Source: a virus
Taxonomy: Duplodnaviria > Caudoviricetes
Virus record (IMG/VR): IMGVR_UViG_3300032254_000009
Location: 1-46,043 of that record
Direction: 5' to 3' (one strand)
Length of the DNA stretch: 46,043 nt
In this document: positions 34,385 to 44,054 of the stretch, in pieces
How the letters are laid out: each line of letters starts with the position of its first letter
How positions within the stretch are numbered: position 1 is the stretch's first letter
Notes under the pieces: model-generated
The model's input: only the letters and a program-made list of their open reading frames with translations
The model's database searches: none
Told to the model about the DNA's origin: nothing
Made by a program: the position numbers and the translations under genes

Positions 34385-35080
34385 TTAGTTGTATTTAGCG
34401 CCAGCTCTATCGAGTGCGTCTAAAATAGTACTTGAAGTGATACGTTTTGAGTAGTCCATATGTCTTTCAGGAGCTGCATGTGGAATACCCGCAGTATTAA
34501 ATGAACCCGAAGGGGTTGCTTGATTAACAGGTGTTGAAGCTTTCATTGATTCAAGAAGCATCTTAGCAGTAGCAGGATTCTTAGCCATTTCGAATATAGC
34601 TTGAGAACTAATTCCGAGTTCTTTGGCTTTGGAGGCCATAGCTTCATCGGTCTTATCCCCGTATATTGCTGTTAGTTGCTCACCTGTTTCTCTGAAGGTA
34701 GTTTCAGCTAGAGTTTCAGCAGCTCTTTGTTGCTCTGCTGCTCTTTGCTGAGCTAGGTACTCCTCCATCTGTTTAGTAGCAATTGCTCCGATCTGTTCCT
34801 CACTTACTGAAGGGGTAACTTCTGTAGCTTGGCTCTCTTGAGACTGTTGCTGTTGTAGCTTAGCGAGAGCATCGTCAATCTTTGTACTCTGGGCTACTTG
34901 TGCTTCTAAAGCAGCTAGCCTCTCTTTGTACTCCTGATTTTCTTGCTCAATTGTCTTAATGTGACTATCCGCTGCTTCTATTTTAGTAGCTGCTGATTCT
35001 GCATTAAAACTCCGTTCGCCTACGCTAAAGGTCAACTGGTCAGTTGATTGTTGTGTGTTTTCTTGGTCTTGAAAACTCAT
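34385..35080 (-). CDS. Capsid scaffolding protein
   Basis: Acidic coiled coil with AD.HI..IE.EN, between portal and capsid genes. Confidence 0.8.
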   Translation of the reverse strand: MSFQDQENTQQSTDQLTFSVGERSFNAESAATKIEAADSHIKTIEQENQEYKERLAALEAQVAQSTKIDDALAKLQQQQSQESQATEVTPSVSEEQIGAIATKQMEEYLAQQRAAEQQRAAETLAETTFRETGEQLTAIYGDKTDEAMASKAKELGISSQAIFEMAKNPATAKMLLESMKASTPVNQATPSGSFNTAGIPHAAPERHMDYSKRITSSTILDALDRAGAKYN

Positions 35081-35095
35081 GTCGTGCTCCTTCGA

Positions 35096-35350
35096 CTATT
35101 CTAAGTCTTTTATTAATTGTCGGAGCTGCTCACGCTTACCTAAGCCTTTCGCTTTACTCCAACGGGTTTGAAACCATGTAGGAAAAGAACCCTTCTCTTC
35201 CTCTTTAATGAGCCTGTCCAGCTCACTTTGTAAATGTTCTCTTAATAAATCAGCAACTTCCCAAGCTTTCCAGCTCTTGTATTGCTTCATCATTTCTAAC
35301 TTCTTTTCCTTATCTAAGGTAGTTAAGAAGCTTGGTACTTTAACTAACAT
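35096..35350 (-). CDS. Hypothetical protein of the head module
   Basis: RBS GAGG; between portal and scaffold genes. Confidence 0.7.
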   Translation of the reverse strand: MLVKVPSFLTTLDKEKKLEMMKQYKSWKAWEVADLLREHLQSELDRLIKEEEKGSFPTWFQTRWSKAKGLGKREQLRQLIKDLE

Positions 35351-35352
35351 CT

Positions 35353-37107
35353 CTATCCCTCTAGTTCGTTAGTAATCATCTGTTCTTCTAAGCTAGGTTG
35401 GCTAGCTTGCATTGCATTGCTTTGTTCTACTTGGTTCATTATCTGCTGAGCTTCACCTTGTTCCAATATCTGAGCGAACTCTTCAAACAATCCAGTATCA
35501 TGTGTCTCCAACAACTCATTAACAAGCTCAGTAGCTCCCTTGCCTGATGTATGCAGAGAAATAACTTGAGCTAAAGGAGTAGCAGATAGCTGAGTAAGAG
35601 TACTTAACATCTGATTCTTTCTAGCAAATCTCTTAGCACCTCTTGGTATCAGTACACCATTAACAGCTAAGTCTTCTTTAGTTACGTTCAACATCTCAAT
35701 GAAGCCACCTTCATTCTTATTAGGCACTTTAAAGGCTGAACCGAAGTTATCATAAGCTAGTTCTATCTCAGCTCCTAGATGCTTCTCTAGTGAACTTCTT
35801 TCAAAATCTGCTGCCTTGTCTATAAAGCCTCTCATACCTCCTTCAGTCAACGCTGTGACTTCCCCTAAGGTCTTCTCCCCTTGAGAGCGAAAGCCTGTTA
35901 AATCGCTTGGTAGACGCGCTGCTGCACGTGCTGAGTGCTGTAGTCTATCTATATGTAAGTCAAAGCTAAAGAATTGTGTATTAATGGCTAGTTCTTGTAC
36001 ACCTCCTCCTTCTGGAGCTAGGTATGTCATCTGACCAGTCTCATCATCATACATCTCTTCTACATCTCCTTGATAAATCTTATCAGGGTAGATTAGTCTA
36101 TCTAAAGCTTCACTCTTAGCATTCTCTCTGTGGTTAACTTGGTAGTTCAATCCAATGATATTCTCTAGTGGTCCTTGACCCCATAAGTTATCAGGGAGCT
36201 TCTGCCATACTGACTGGAAGATATGAGGCTTACCAGTACTAGTCTTGATAGTATCTTCTAACAATACTTCTTCACTATCAGCTACTACTACTATCTGTGA
36301 CTCATGCAGTTCAATGTTCTCTTGGTCATAAACATCTCCGTAGAACCATAACAATTCAATGAACCCGCTTTGTATGTACTGCTGATAAGTACCAAATCCT
36401 AAAGGAACATATTGTTCGTTCTTATCTTCACCTGCATCCGAGTTAGCGAAGTTACCTCTACCATGTAAGAGCTTATCTACTGTTTCTGAATCAAGAAGAC
36501 CTGCATCCCCTCTACGCTTAAGCTCACCTAGTGTAATTATCTCTCTTATTACTTTAGGAGTACAAGAGAAGTCAACAGCTGTAGGGTCAAAAGCAATATC
36601 GTAAGGGCTTATTCTTCTTACTCTAGGTCCAACATACCCACCTTGCTCTCCTCTGCTCTCATTAGCATGAAACACTTGAGAGAAGCAATTACCATAAGTT
36701 ACTAAGTCAGAACGTAGCTTAGCCACTTCATCCGTATAACCATTTAGAGCATGTCTATTCTTTAAGTAAGAAACAATAGTCTTTCGTTGGTCCTTACGTG
36801 CTGCTAGAGCATCCATAGGCTCGAAGGTGAACCAATCCTCGTGAGGCATTACTACCTGCAAGAGTATAGCTTCTAAGTCCTGTGCAATAGCTGCTGCTAC
36901 TGGCATATGTGTGCTATGCGTGAAAGCTCCTTTAGCATTAGGAAGGGAGTTAGTATCTGTAGCATATCTGTATGCTTCAATTTCTCTCCATTTACTAATA
37001 GCTGGGTCACGAGCTGCATCCCACTCAGTCCATAGACGAGTAACGAACTCCGCTTTCTCTGCTGGGGTTACAAAACCACCTAATGCTGTTGCTGACTCTC
37101 CGCTCAT
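35353..37107 (-). CDS. Portal protein
   Basis: 584 aa after the terminase; YGN.F, RISP.DI.FDP, PDNLWG.GPL, GEKT..EV. Confidence 0.92.
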   Translation of the reverse strand: MSGESATALGGFVTPAEKAEFVTRLWTEWDAARDPAISKWREIEAYRYATDTNSLPNAKGAFTHSTHMPVAAAIAQDLEAILLQVVMPHEDWFTFEPMDALAARKDQRKTIVSYLKNRHALNGYTDEVAKLRSDLVTYGNCFSQVFHANESRGEQGGYVGPRVRRISPYDIAFDPTAVDFSCTPKVIREIITLGELKRRGDAGLLDSETVDKLLHGRGNFANSDAGEDKNEQYVPLGFGTYQQYIQSGFIELLWFYGDVYDQENIELHESQIVVVADSEEVLLEDTIKTSTGKPHIFQSVWQKLPDNLWGQGPLENIIGLNYQVNHRENAKSEALDRLIYPDKIYQGDVEEMYDDETGQMTYLAPEGGGVQELAINTQFFSFDLHIDRLQHSARAAARLPSDLTGFRSQGEKTLGEVTALTEGGMRGFIDKAADFERSSLEKHLGAEIELAYDNFGSAFKVPNKNEGGFIEMLNVTKEDLAVNGVLIPRGAKRFARKNQMLSTLTQLSATPLAQVISLHTSGKGATELVNELLETHDTGLFEEFAQILEQGEAQQIMNQVEQSNAMQASQPSLEEQMITNELEG

Positions 37108-38690
37108 CTTCTTCCTCTTCGACCCCCGCCAAACCTACTGAGTTGTATGACGTTGCCTTGTTTCTTAGTTCCGTGTTTCCTCTTTAGAGGAGCTACACAT
37201 TCTGATACTGCTATTGCTAATACATCCTTTAAATCATCATGTGGAGGCTTAGCTAGTTTAAGTTCTTCTTCTAGTAGTTTAGTTAAACCACCTTTAGTAT
37301 GGTAGATGCTCCCGTTCCTATATCTGGAATGAAGGGCTGTTGCTACACGTTCTTCTTTCTTACCTGAATGAGAGACATGAGCCTTACCTTCTACTTCTAA
37401 TCTACCACCTTGCCTTCTTATTTCATCCTCTAAGAAGTTCTTAATTATCTTACCAGCTGCATTAGTCTCTACTGTTATCTTCTTGAACTGCCAGTATTCC
37501 TGTAGCTCTATTATCTTATCGTAGTACACTTCTGGCTTATCTGTTTGGAATCTCTCTAGGGCTAGCACGTATATGTACCCTTCATCATCTATTCCAACAA
37601 CAGAGAGGGCTGTATAGTCTCTTCTCTTAGCATTGAGGGAGCTGGAGTCAGTCCAAGCTAAATCAGCAGCTGCATAGAGCTTAAGCTTAGCTTCATCATA
37701 ATACCAATCCTTTCCATGCTGTTCTAGCTTCCTCAAGTCCATATACTTGAAGTCACTTTGCTTAATTACGTTAGTACTTTCATCAGCTGGGTCATTGTAA
37801 TACTGTCCATAGAAGAGTCCTAAATCACCATCAATCAGAGCATCAGCTTTCTTAATAGCTAGTTCTTCTTCATCAAAGCCGTACCATTCGCCATTAGGCA
37901 TTTGCTGCTTAGGCCAACAGAAAGTACCATCTCCGGTTCTTCTGTAGCTATCTTCTACCACTCTCTCAAAGACTGTCCAGCGTTTATGTTTCTTACCTTT
38001 AACTACATATTCAATATCTAGCATCTTAGTGTATAGGTCATCTTCACTATACTTAGTACCAACTGCTACAAACTCTCCTCCACTGGAGTTAATCTTAGCG
38101 AAAGATTTGTAGCACTTCAGTACATCTTCTTTACCTGATACTGTGTCCCAGTTCTCATCCGTTACCAAATCATCAAAGATAGTGTAATCGGAGTGCATCC
38201 CTGTGTTACCGGACTTAGCTGTAGTAGCACGTACACTAGGGTCACGCACCATACGTTCTTTACGAGAGGGGTGATCTAAATAGAAGTTTTGTTTGTTCCA
38301 TCCCTCTGTAGGCTTATGAACCATTGTATTCTTTCTGACATCTCTCTCGAAGTTTAGATGTTCAGGCCATAGCTCTCTATGTGCTTCACTATAGAGAAGT
38401 TGCTCTATAGAAGTCATCTGGGCATTTACCAGACTTTCGGACCAACTAACATAGTTTATTCTACTCCAAGGTTTTATTGTCAGTATCCAACTAGCATAGA
38501 CAGCTGCACACCACGATTTTTGATGGTCTCTAGGAACTAGAGCTAGCTTACATCTGCCTTCACCGTATTGCAGGTAATCAAATAGATCGAAGTGCAGGTC
38601 TCCGTAATATCTATCTGGAGATACCCACTGAGCATAAGCCTTTAAGCTACTCTCACACTCTTCTCTTATTTGTAATAATTCTTTATTCAA
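37104..38690 (-). CDS. terL: Terminase large subunit (TTG start)
   Basis: PRDHQKS, TG.H.D..IFDDLV, VGT.Y...DLY, QYYNDP, AADLA, DYTA and HDDLKD. Confidence 0.95.
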   Translation of the reverse strand: MNKELLQIREECESSLKAYAQWVSPDRYYGDLHFDLFDYLQYGEGRCKLALVPRDHQKSWCAAVYASWILTIKPWSRINYVSWSESLVNAQMTSIEQLLYSEAHRELWPEHLNFERDVRKNTMVHKPTEGWNKQNFYLDHPSRKERMVRDPSVRATTAKSGNTGMHSDYTIFDDLVTDENWDTVSGKEDVLKCYKSFAKINSSGGEFVAVGTKYSEDDLYTKMLDIEYVVKGKKHKRWTVFERVVEDSYRRTGDGTFCWPKQQMPNGEWYGFDEEELAIKKADALIDGDLGLFYGQYYNDPADESTNVIKQSDFKYMDLRKLEQHGKDWYYDEAKLKLYAAADLAWTDSSSLNAKRRDYTALSVVGIDDEGYIYVLALERFQTDKPEVYYDKIIELQEYWQFKKITVETNAAGKIIKNFLEDEIRRQGGRLEVEGKAHVSHSGKKEERVATALHSRYRNGSIYHTKGGLTKLLEEELKLAKPPHDDLKDVLAIAVSECVAPLKRKHGTKKQGNVIQLSRFGGGRRGRR

Positions 38691-38812
38691 TTAGATCTCT
38701 TCAATACCAAAAGTAGTTAACTCACTGTTACCAGTAATTGTCGTGCTTCCGTTATTAGTTCTAAACCTAACACTAACTTGCTCACCTTGGTTTTGAGTTA
38801 CAAGCTGGACAA
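38691..38812 (-). pseudogene. Orphan C-terminal fragment, probably of a former tail fibre or spike
   Basis: Start-less open frame ...IVQLVTQNQGEQVSVRFRTNNGSTTITGNSELTTFGIEEI* whose TAA abuts the terL start. Confidence 0.55.
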
Positions 38813-40999
38813 TCAAGGCAAAACTTCTGTGCTAGAGCCGTATTTCAAATCTTTAATCTGTATTTTCTTGGCCGTAGTGTTTGTAGTCTGTAAGTAAAAC
38901 GCTGGCGCAAGTTGTACATTAGTTGCAGGTATATTGGTTGTAACTTTTACTGGATCTGACCATGTCAAAGTTCCAGACACTCTATACCAAACTACAACTT
39001 CAGAGGTTGTAACTGACATTCTCCACTGTACATCTGATTGGTTGGCGAGTATCCCAGTTACAGTGGTAGATCTCGTTCCATCATCACAAACTAGCTGATA
39101 ATTCGCGTTGGTTGCTATAGCTGCTTCAAGATAAATTCCTACACCTGTAGCATAATCTGAAATCAAACCTATTCTAAGGATATCCCCGCTAACCATTGTA
39201 ACTGTCGGATTCACGCCAAAAACCAGCATCGGCTCGTAAACAGTGGATGTTCCACCCTGTAAAGTCGAGCCTGAGAACGTGCCTTTAGCGGCAATAACTT
39301 CGTCATTTGCCGTTGTGCCAGTGCCCATAACAATTGCGCCACCAAGCTTGCCGAATGCAAATGTTTTACCGGCATCCCCGTCAACCATGAAGTTCCCATC
39401 TGCCGTATGTATTATTTCGTTGGCTGAGTCATAGAAAAGCCCGTTGCAGTTTTCATGACTCATTGTCACTAACGGAGAGTAAACCTTGTAAGTGCCATAC
39501 ATTCTGCCGCCTCTAGTATAGCCTCTAACATCATTCTTACCTGCACCTGAGATAATAGCGGTTCCAACACTAGTCCCTACCTCCAAGTCGTTTATGTTCC
39601 ACACTTCCCAATCTCTGGCAGCACCCTCTTTGTGAATATTCATGCCACCAGTAAGGTTAGGTCTTATAAATAAGTTTCTAGCGCACGCTATACCGCCTGG
39701 GCTATTAGTTGACGATGTGTTAACGCCAAATCCCGTTGATGAATCCGGTCTAAAACAGTTTAAATCAGTCCATGTAAAGTTATCGCCACGGTCAACAAAT
39801 TTAACTCCGTGTCCATTATCATGATTAATATCAATGTTCCACATATTGCAGAGCGTCACACCTTCCGCACCACTACCTTTTCCATCGATTAAAATTCCGT
39901 CTGCTGTGGTTGGTGTGCCAGCCCTAACATTTATATTTACATTTCTAAACTCTGCCTTTCCGGTCGGGTCTGATGTTCCGGCAGTGTTGGTTAGGTGTAG
40001 TCCTGCGGTGATTGGTTGCCTAATCTCGATATTTTCAAATCTGGCGCCTTGCCAGTCTTTATATAACAATCCAACTGTAGCCAATCTATTGCTGTCTATT
40101 GTTAAAGACTCTAGACCGCCACCCCATCTCGTGGTTCCAGCACCGTTAAGGGCGAGTTGTATTGAAGCCCCTCCAGTCCAATTTAATTTTGTCCCAACCT
40201 CACTAGAAGGGTTGCTTTGATTACCTCTTCCAGCACCCTTCAAAGTAACGCCTATTTTCATATTTATTGTTGATGAGTGATCTATAGAGCCGCTGGGAAG
40301 AATAACAACCCCGCCATTGGCGTTACTAGCTGTTTGTTGAGCCGCTTCTATTTCAGCGTCTTTATCTCCTGCGCCAACAACACCTAGAGCTGAGGCTGAT
40401 ATAAATGGTTTTAGGCCGCCAACAATAGGCACATACTCCCATTGATTGCCGCTAGCGTCATTTAAAAGCCCATCACCCAAATCGGCTGGGCTTTGGCTAG
40501 GTGTTTGACCTGTCACTCCGTTATGCTTCCAAGAGGCTCCTCCTCCATCTCCCGCTGCTGCATAACCATTACTTTTTATTACTTGAGCGATGTCAGGTGA
40601 TGTGGATATTAACAACGTTGTAGTATCTATAGTTGTACTATGGAATGTAGCTGCATTTAGTTGGTCTAGGGTGACAGCCTCGCCAGTAGCTGTAGCATCT
40701 GAAAGACCTGTAACCTTGTTCCCTCCCATAGCTAAGTCCCCAGTCATGGAGTCCCCAGCCTTGTCTACTTTCGCTGCTAGTCCGCTATCCAACTGAGATT
40801 TAACCACTAAGCTAGTACTTGTAGTACCTTCAGCTATGTTTAGTATCTCATTGGAGTTCATGTCCAAATCCCCAGTCATTACTGACCCTGACTTGTCCAC
40901 CTTGCTATTGACAGCAGTCTCTACAGCACTAAGCTCAGTATTGATAGCCGTGTTAGCATTATAGCCTGAGCCTATAGGGGTATTAGTGTAATCACTCAT
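38813..40999 (-). CDS. Tailspike with pectin-lyase-like beta-helix
   Basis: N-terminal anchor MTGDLDMNSNEILN; GY.A.GDGGG; GGVVILPSG...GVTLKGAG. Confidence 0.85.
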   Translation of the reverse strand: MSDYTNTPIGSGYNANTAINTELSAVETAVNSKVDKSGSVMTGDLDMNSNEILNIAEGTTSTSLVVKSQLDSGLAAKVDKAGDSMTGDLAMGGNKVTGLSDATATGEAVTLDQLNAATFHSTTIDTTTLLISTSPDIAQVIKSNGYAAAGDGGGASWKHNGVTGQTPSQSPADLGDGLLNDASGNQWEYVPIVGGLKPFISASALGVVGAGDKDAEIEAAQQTASNANGGVVILPSGSIDHSSTINMKIGVTLKGAGRGNQSNPSSEVGTKLNWTGGASIQLALNGAGTTRWGGGLESLTIDSNRLATVGLLYKDWQGARFENIEIRQPITAGLHLTNTAGTSDPTGKAEFRNVNINVRAGTPTTADGILIDGKGSGAEGVTLCNMWNIDINHDNGHGVKFVDRGDNFTWTDLNCFRPDSSTGFGVNTSSTNSPGGIACARNLFIRPNLTGGMNIHKEGAARDWEVWNINDLEVGTSVGTAIISGAGKNDVRGYTRGGRMYGTYKVYSPLVTMSHENCNGLFYDSANEIIHTADGNFMVDGDAGKTFAFGKLGGAIVMGTGTTANDEVIAAKGTFSGSTLQGGTSTVYEPMLVFGVNPTVTMVSGDILRIGLISDYATGVGIYLEAAIATNANYQLVCDDGTRSTTVTGILANQSDVQWRMSVTTSEVVVWYRVSGTLTWSDPVKVTTNIPATNVQLAPAFYLQTTNTTAKKIQIKDLKYGSSTEVLP

Positions 41000-41005
41000 A
41001 TTTCT

Positions 41006-41518
41006 TTATTTTCCTGTCTTATTCTTAAAGGCTACAACCCTGCTCTGTGTAGCAGTATCAGCTTTAGTCTTCTTGGTCTTTCTGCCAACGGGAGCCTTAG
41101 TCTTAGTCTCTGCTAGTACAGCTTTCATTGCTGCTGTATCTCCGTTCTCTGCTTTACTTATCAGTAGCTCTTTCATAGCTGAAGCATCTCTAGCTTTCAT
41201 GTGGTCCCGCCATACAAGTAAGCCATCATGAGCACAAGTTGGATCACCATTTAAGAACCAATCAGCATTCTTGAGTTTATCCCATTCTTTTAAACTAGGG
41301 CATAACTTAGTAGCTGCATCGTACTCATCTACACTCTCCATATACACTTGGTAAGCTGAAGGTAGTCCTTCATGCTCTCTCACCTTCAATGTAAAGACAG
41401 GAGGGGAAGTCTTCCTAGAAGCAGGAGTACTGTGCTCGTAGAACATCTGCCTGTAGAAGAATACCCCTCTAGCATTGAATAGCTTAGAAAAATCTTCTTG
41501 TGTAGGGAGAGAAACCAT
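41006..41518 (-). CDS. Conserved protein, possible terminase small subunit
   Basis: DEY..A......W..L motif and basic tail; upstream of terL. Confidence 0.45.
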   Translation of the reverse strand: MVSLPTQEDFSKLFNARGVFFYRQMFYEHSTPASRKTSPPVFTLKVREHEGLPSAYQVYMESVDEYDAATKLCPSLKEWDKLKNADWFLNGDPTCAHDGLLVWRDHMKARDASAMKELLISKAENGDTAAMKAVLAETKTKAPVGRKTKKTKADTATQSRVVAFKNKTGK

Positions 41519-42273
41519 TAATATTTAACCTCAATAGAGAGCGTAGTGTCAGCACTGGGGTTTCCAGCTAAATATACTCCTGTGCTCATATCTATCAACT
41601 TAACAACAAAAGTACCTGTGGCACTAACTTCATAGTCGGTCTTACACCCATAAGCAGCTGGTGATGTAGTTGTTACATGCGCTGTAGGTGTTGGATCATC
41701 ACCTGTAACATTAACCACTCGAGGGACTGTTACAGTTAAGTCTGGGGCTGAGTAAGAATAAGACAGTAGGTTCGCACTAGGCCCACTTGGTACTAGAGTA
41801 CATACTCCGCTACTATCTACATTAATTAGTCCACAAGCCCACACCCTCGCAGCCATGCCATTCAAAACCTTCATCCTAGGGTTTCTGAACTCAGCTGCTG
41901 AATCATCAGCTGTAATCACTCCACAAACAATCTGAAGTGTGTCTGTCACTTGGCTATGATCCATCGGGATAGTAAATTTAAGCGTGTAGCTTTTCCATTG
42001 CTGAGAATCAATCTCAACACTGGTTAGGAGATTCCCTGTAGAAGGGTAGTCGATATATACCCCCGCTGTTGGCGAGTTTGAACTAGTTAATCTAGCCTCA
42101 ACTTTAAATTCTACAACATCTCCAGCTGTAGCTACCATCTTTTTTCTTTTGTAAGCTACATCACCTACCCCCGCAGTAGTGACTAGATTATAGTCCGAAT
42201 CTACGTTGTTTGTTCCAGCACCAGTTGTTGTGTCTTCCCAGTTACCCCAACTAGGGTCTAATATACTATTCAT
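41518..42273 (-). CDS. Putative virion or receptor-binding protein with CBM-like domain
   Basis: Beta-rich, WKSYTLKFTIP; adjacent to the GDPD appendage gene. Confidence 0.55.
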   Translation of the reverse strand: MNSILDPSWGNWEDTTTGAGTNNVDSDYNLVTTAGVGDVAYKRKKMVATAGDVVEFKVEARLTSSNSPTAGVYIDYPSTGNLLTSVEIDSQQWKSYTLKFTIPMDHSQVTDTLQIVCGVITADDSAAEFRNPRMKVLNGMAARVWACGLINVDSSGVCTLVPSGPSANLLSYSYSAPDLTVTVPRVVNVTGDDPTPTAHVTTTSPAAYGCKTDYEVSATGTFVVKLIDMSTGVYLAGNPSADTTLSIEVKY

Positions 42274-43304
42274 ACTGTCACATCCGAAATAAGTCTACAC
42301 ACCCCTAACTGACGCATAGCAGTTGCATCTGAGCGGCTATTTATAGTGTAAGCTGTAACCCCGTATCCATTCTCTAATAGTGTCTGAGAAAGAGCTGGGT
42401 CAGCAATAAATAACGTTTGGGACATTACAACATCGTCATAATCCCCATCTTTCATATAACCTAGTAATGTTGTAGCATTGGTCTCACCAGTTAAGTAGGC
42501 CAATCTAATATTAGGATCCAAGGCTCTCAAGATATCTAGCCTAGTTCTTGAAGCTGATTGAACAACAATCAGGTCTAAAACATCAGCATCTTTAAATACA
42601 TTGTACAAGGTTGTAACATCAGCATCTGTTCTAACTTTCTTTATCTCAGGGTAAAGGACAATACGTTCTTCTTTAATATAGACAAGTAAGTCATCTAACT
42701 TAGTTATCCTTAACTCATCGAAAGGTGTCCCTACCCCTTTATCATATTTCAATGTATCTATATAAGTTGAAGTAAGAGCTGTGAAAGTACCTGTACCATC
42801 TGTCAAGGAATCGACTGTAGTGTCGTGGAATAAGTACCAAACACCATCAGAAGATATCTGGATATCGCACTCTAGGCTATCAGCTCCTTGCTCTTTACTC
42901 ATGGAGAGAGAAAGAAGTGTATTCTGGAAACCAACATCAGCGAAGCCTCTATGAGCAATTATCTCTCTGGAGTGGTCCGTTATAGGGAATCTCTTCCATT
43001 TATAATCTGTTCCATCCGTCCCTAAGTAGTCAATATTCCTATTAGCTACAGCAGGGAGTTGTGTATTAACTAGGTCAGAAGGGATAACAGCATCACCTTT
43101 ATAGTTCAAGGCTTGGATATCTATGCTGTTAACATTAAGTATGTCATTACTATCCATATCTATATCTACTGACATAGAGTTAGGGAGGTCTCCCTTCCTA
43201 GAGAGAGAATCAGCTATAGCAGTCTCAATAAGACCGAGCTGTATGTTGATGTCACTCTTTACTACGTCACCCGTTACTACGTCTGTCTTTGTATATCTCG
43301 CCAT
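42270..43304 (-). CDS. Tail appendage: fibre anchor fused to glycerophosphodiester phosphodiesterase domain
   Basis: Anchor ...M..DIDMDSNDILN; GDPD motifs IIAHRG, NT, GADSLECD, FHD, EIK, VQS, YTIN and ISD. Confidence 0.88.
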   Translation of the reverse strand: MARYTKTDVVTGDVVKSDINIQLGLIETAIADSLSRKGDLPNSMSVDIDMDSNDILNVNSIDIQALNYKGDAVIPSDLVNTQLPAVANRNIDYLGTDGTDYKWKRFPITDHSREIIAHRGFADVGFQNTLLSLSMSKEQGADSLECDIQISSDGVWYLFHDTTVDSLTDGTGTFTALTSTYIDTLKYDKGVGTPFDELRITKLDDLLVYIKEERIVLYPEIKKVRTDADVTTLYNVFKDADVLDLIVVQSASRTRLDILRALDPNIRLAYLTGETNATTLLGYMKDGDYDDVVMSQTLFIADPALSQTLLENGYGVTAYTINSRSDATAMRQLGVCRLISDVTV

Positions 43305-43668
43305 GTTTTCCTGTATCTCTTCTAAATTTGGTATTGATCAATATCAAGTGTATCAGTATTGACCATATACAGCCTTGGAATAAGTACTGCATAATAGTGG
43401 GGTAGTTATCATAAAGGAAGTTAGTGAAGTAGAGGTAGTCATAAGCGGTTATTACATTACTCAGTATACTAACTACCAGTAGAACGGAGAGTTCTGTCTT
43501 AGCTTCTTCTAATAACTGAGAGAAACCAAGAAGGGAGAGGTCAAGAGCTATCTGTAGGTAGTACCAATCAACTCCTATCCCAACTCCTACCGCTTGCATC
43601 ACCTTATCAAATAAAACAAAAAGAAGGAGAGCAAAGCCTAGTTGCTTATTTATCCTTCTTCTTAGCAC
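43267..43668 (-). CDS. Multi-pass membrane protein (start uncertain)
   Basis: About four hydrophobic segments. Confidence 0.7.
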   Translation of the reverse strand: MLRRRINKQLGFALLLFVLFDKVMQAVGVGIGVDWYYLQIALDLSLLGFSQLLEEAKTELSVLLVVSILSNVITAYDYLYFTNFLYDNYPTIMQYLFQGCIWSILIHLILINTKFRRDTGKHGEIYKDRRSNG

Positions 43669-43735
43669 TTCTGCTCTTTTTCTTTTCGTCTTTCTTAGGA
43701 GGTCTTGGTGGTTGTGTACCTGTGTTATTTGGCAT
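43646..43735 (-). CDS. 29-aa Pro/Lys-rich micropeptide (not in ORF track)
   Basis: RBS GAGGAG 8 nt upstream; MPNNTGTQPPRPPKKDEKKKSRSAKKKDK*. Confidence 0.6.
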   Translation of the reverse strand: MPNNTGTQPPRPPKKDEKKKSRSAKKKDK

Positions 43736-44054
43736 CTCTCTTACTCCTCTCGTCCATACGAGCTATTGTTACACTAGTGGATATTGATGTCTCTTGAATA
43801 ATCTTCATTGTATCTTTTATCTCTGATACATCTGACTTCAGGCTATCTATCCCTAGCGTGTCAGTATGGTTCTTTATTGCTTCCTTTACTTCTTCTTTTG
43901 TGTAGTGCTCGCTATTCTGTTCACTGAGCTTCTGTGTTAACTCATCTACTCTCTTACGCTCATGCCATAACCAAGGAGCTAATACAAGGCCCACAAGCCA
44001 TTTCAATATCCCTACTGCTCCCGCTGTCTCTGCTGGCATACTATCTATTCTCAT
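43725..44054 (-). CDS. Single-TM coiled-coil protein (holin or lysis-associated)
   Basis: N-terminal TM followed by a coiled coil; next to the spanins. Confidence 0.6.
   Translation of the reverse strand: MRIDSMPAETAGAVGILKWLVGLVLAPWLWHERKRVDELTQKLSEQNSEHYTKEEVKEAIKNHTDTLGIDSLKSDVSEIKDTMKIIQETSISTSVTIARMDERSKRDAK

Noticed and set aside
38813-43304. Diversity-generating retroelement or invertible tail-fibre switch
   Set aside because: No reverse transcriptase, invertase, template/variable repeat pair or flanking inverted repeats seen.
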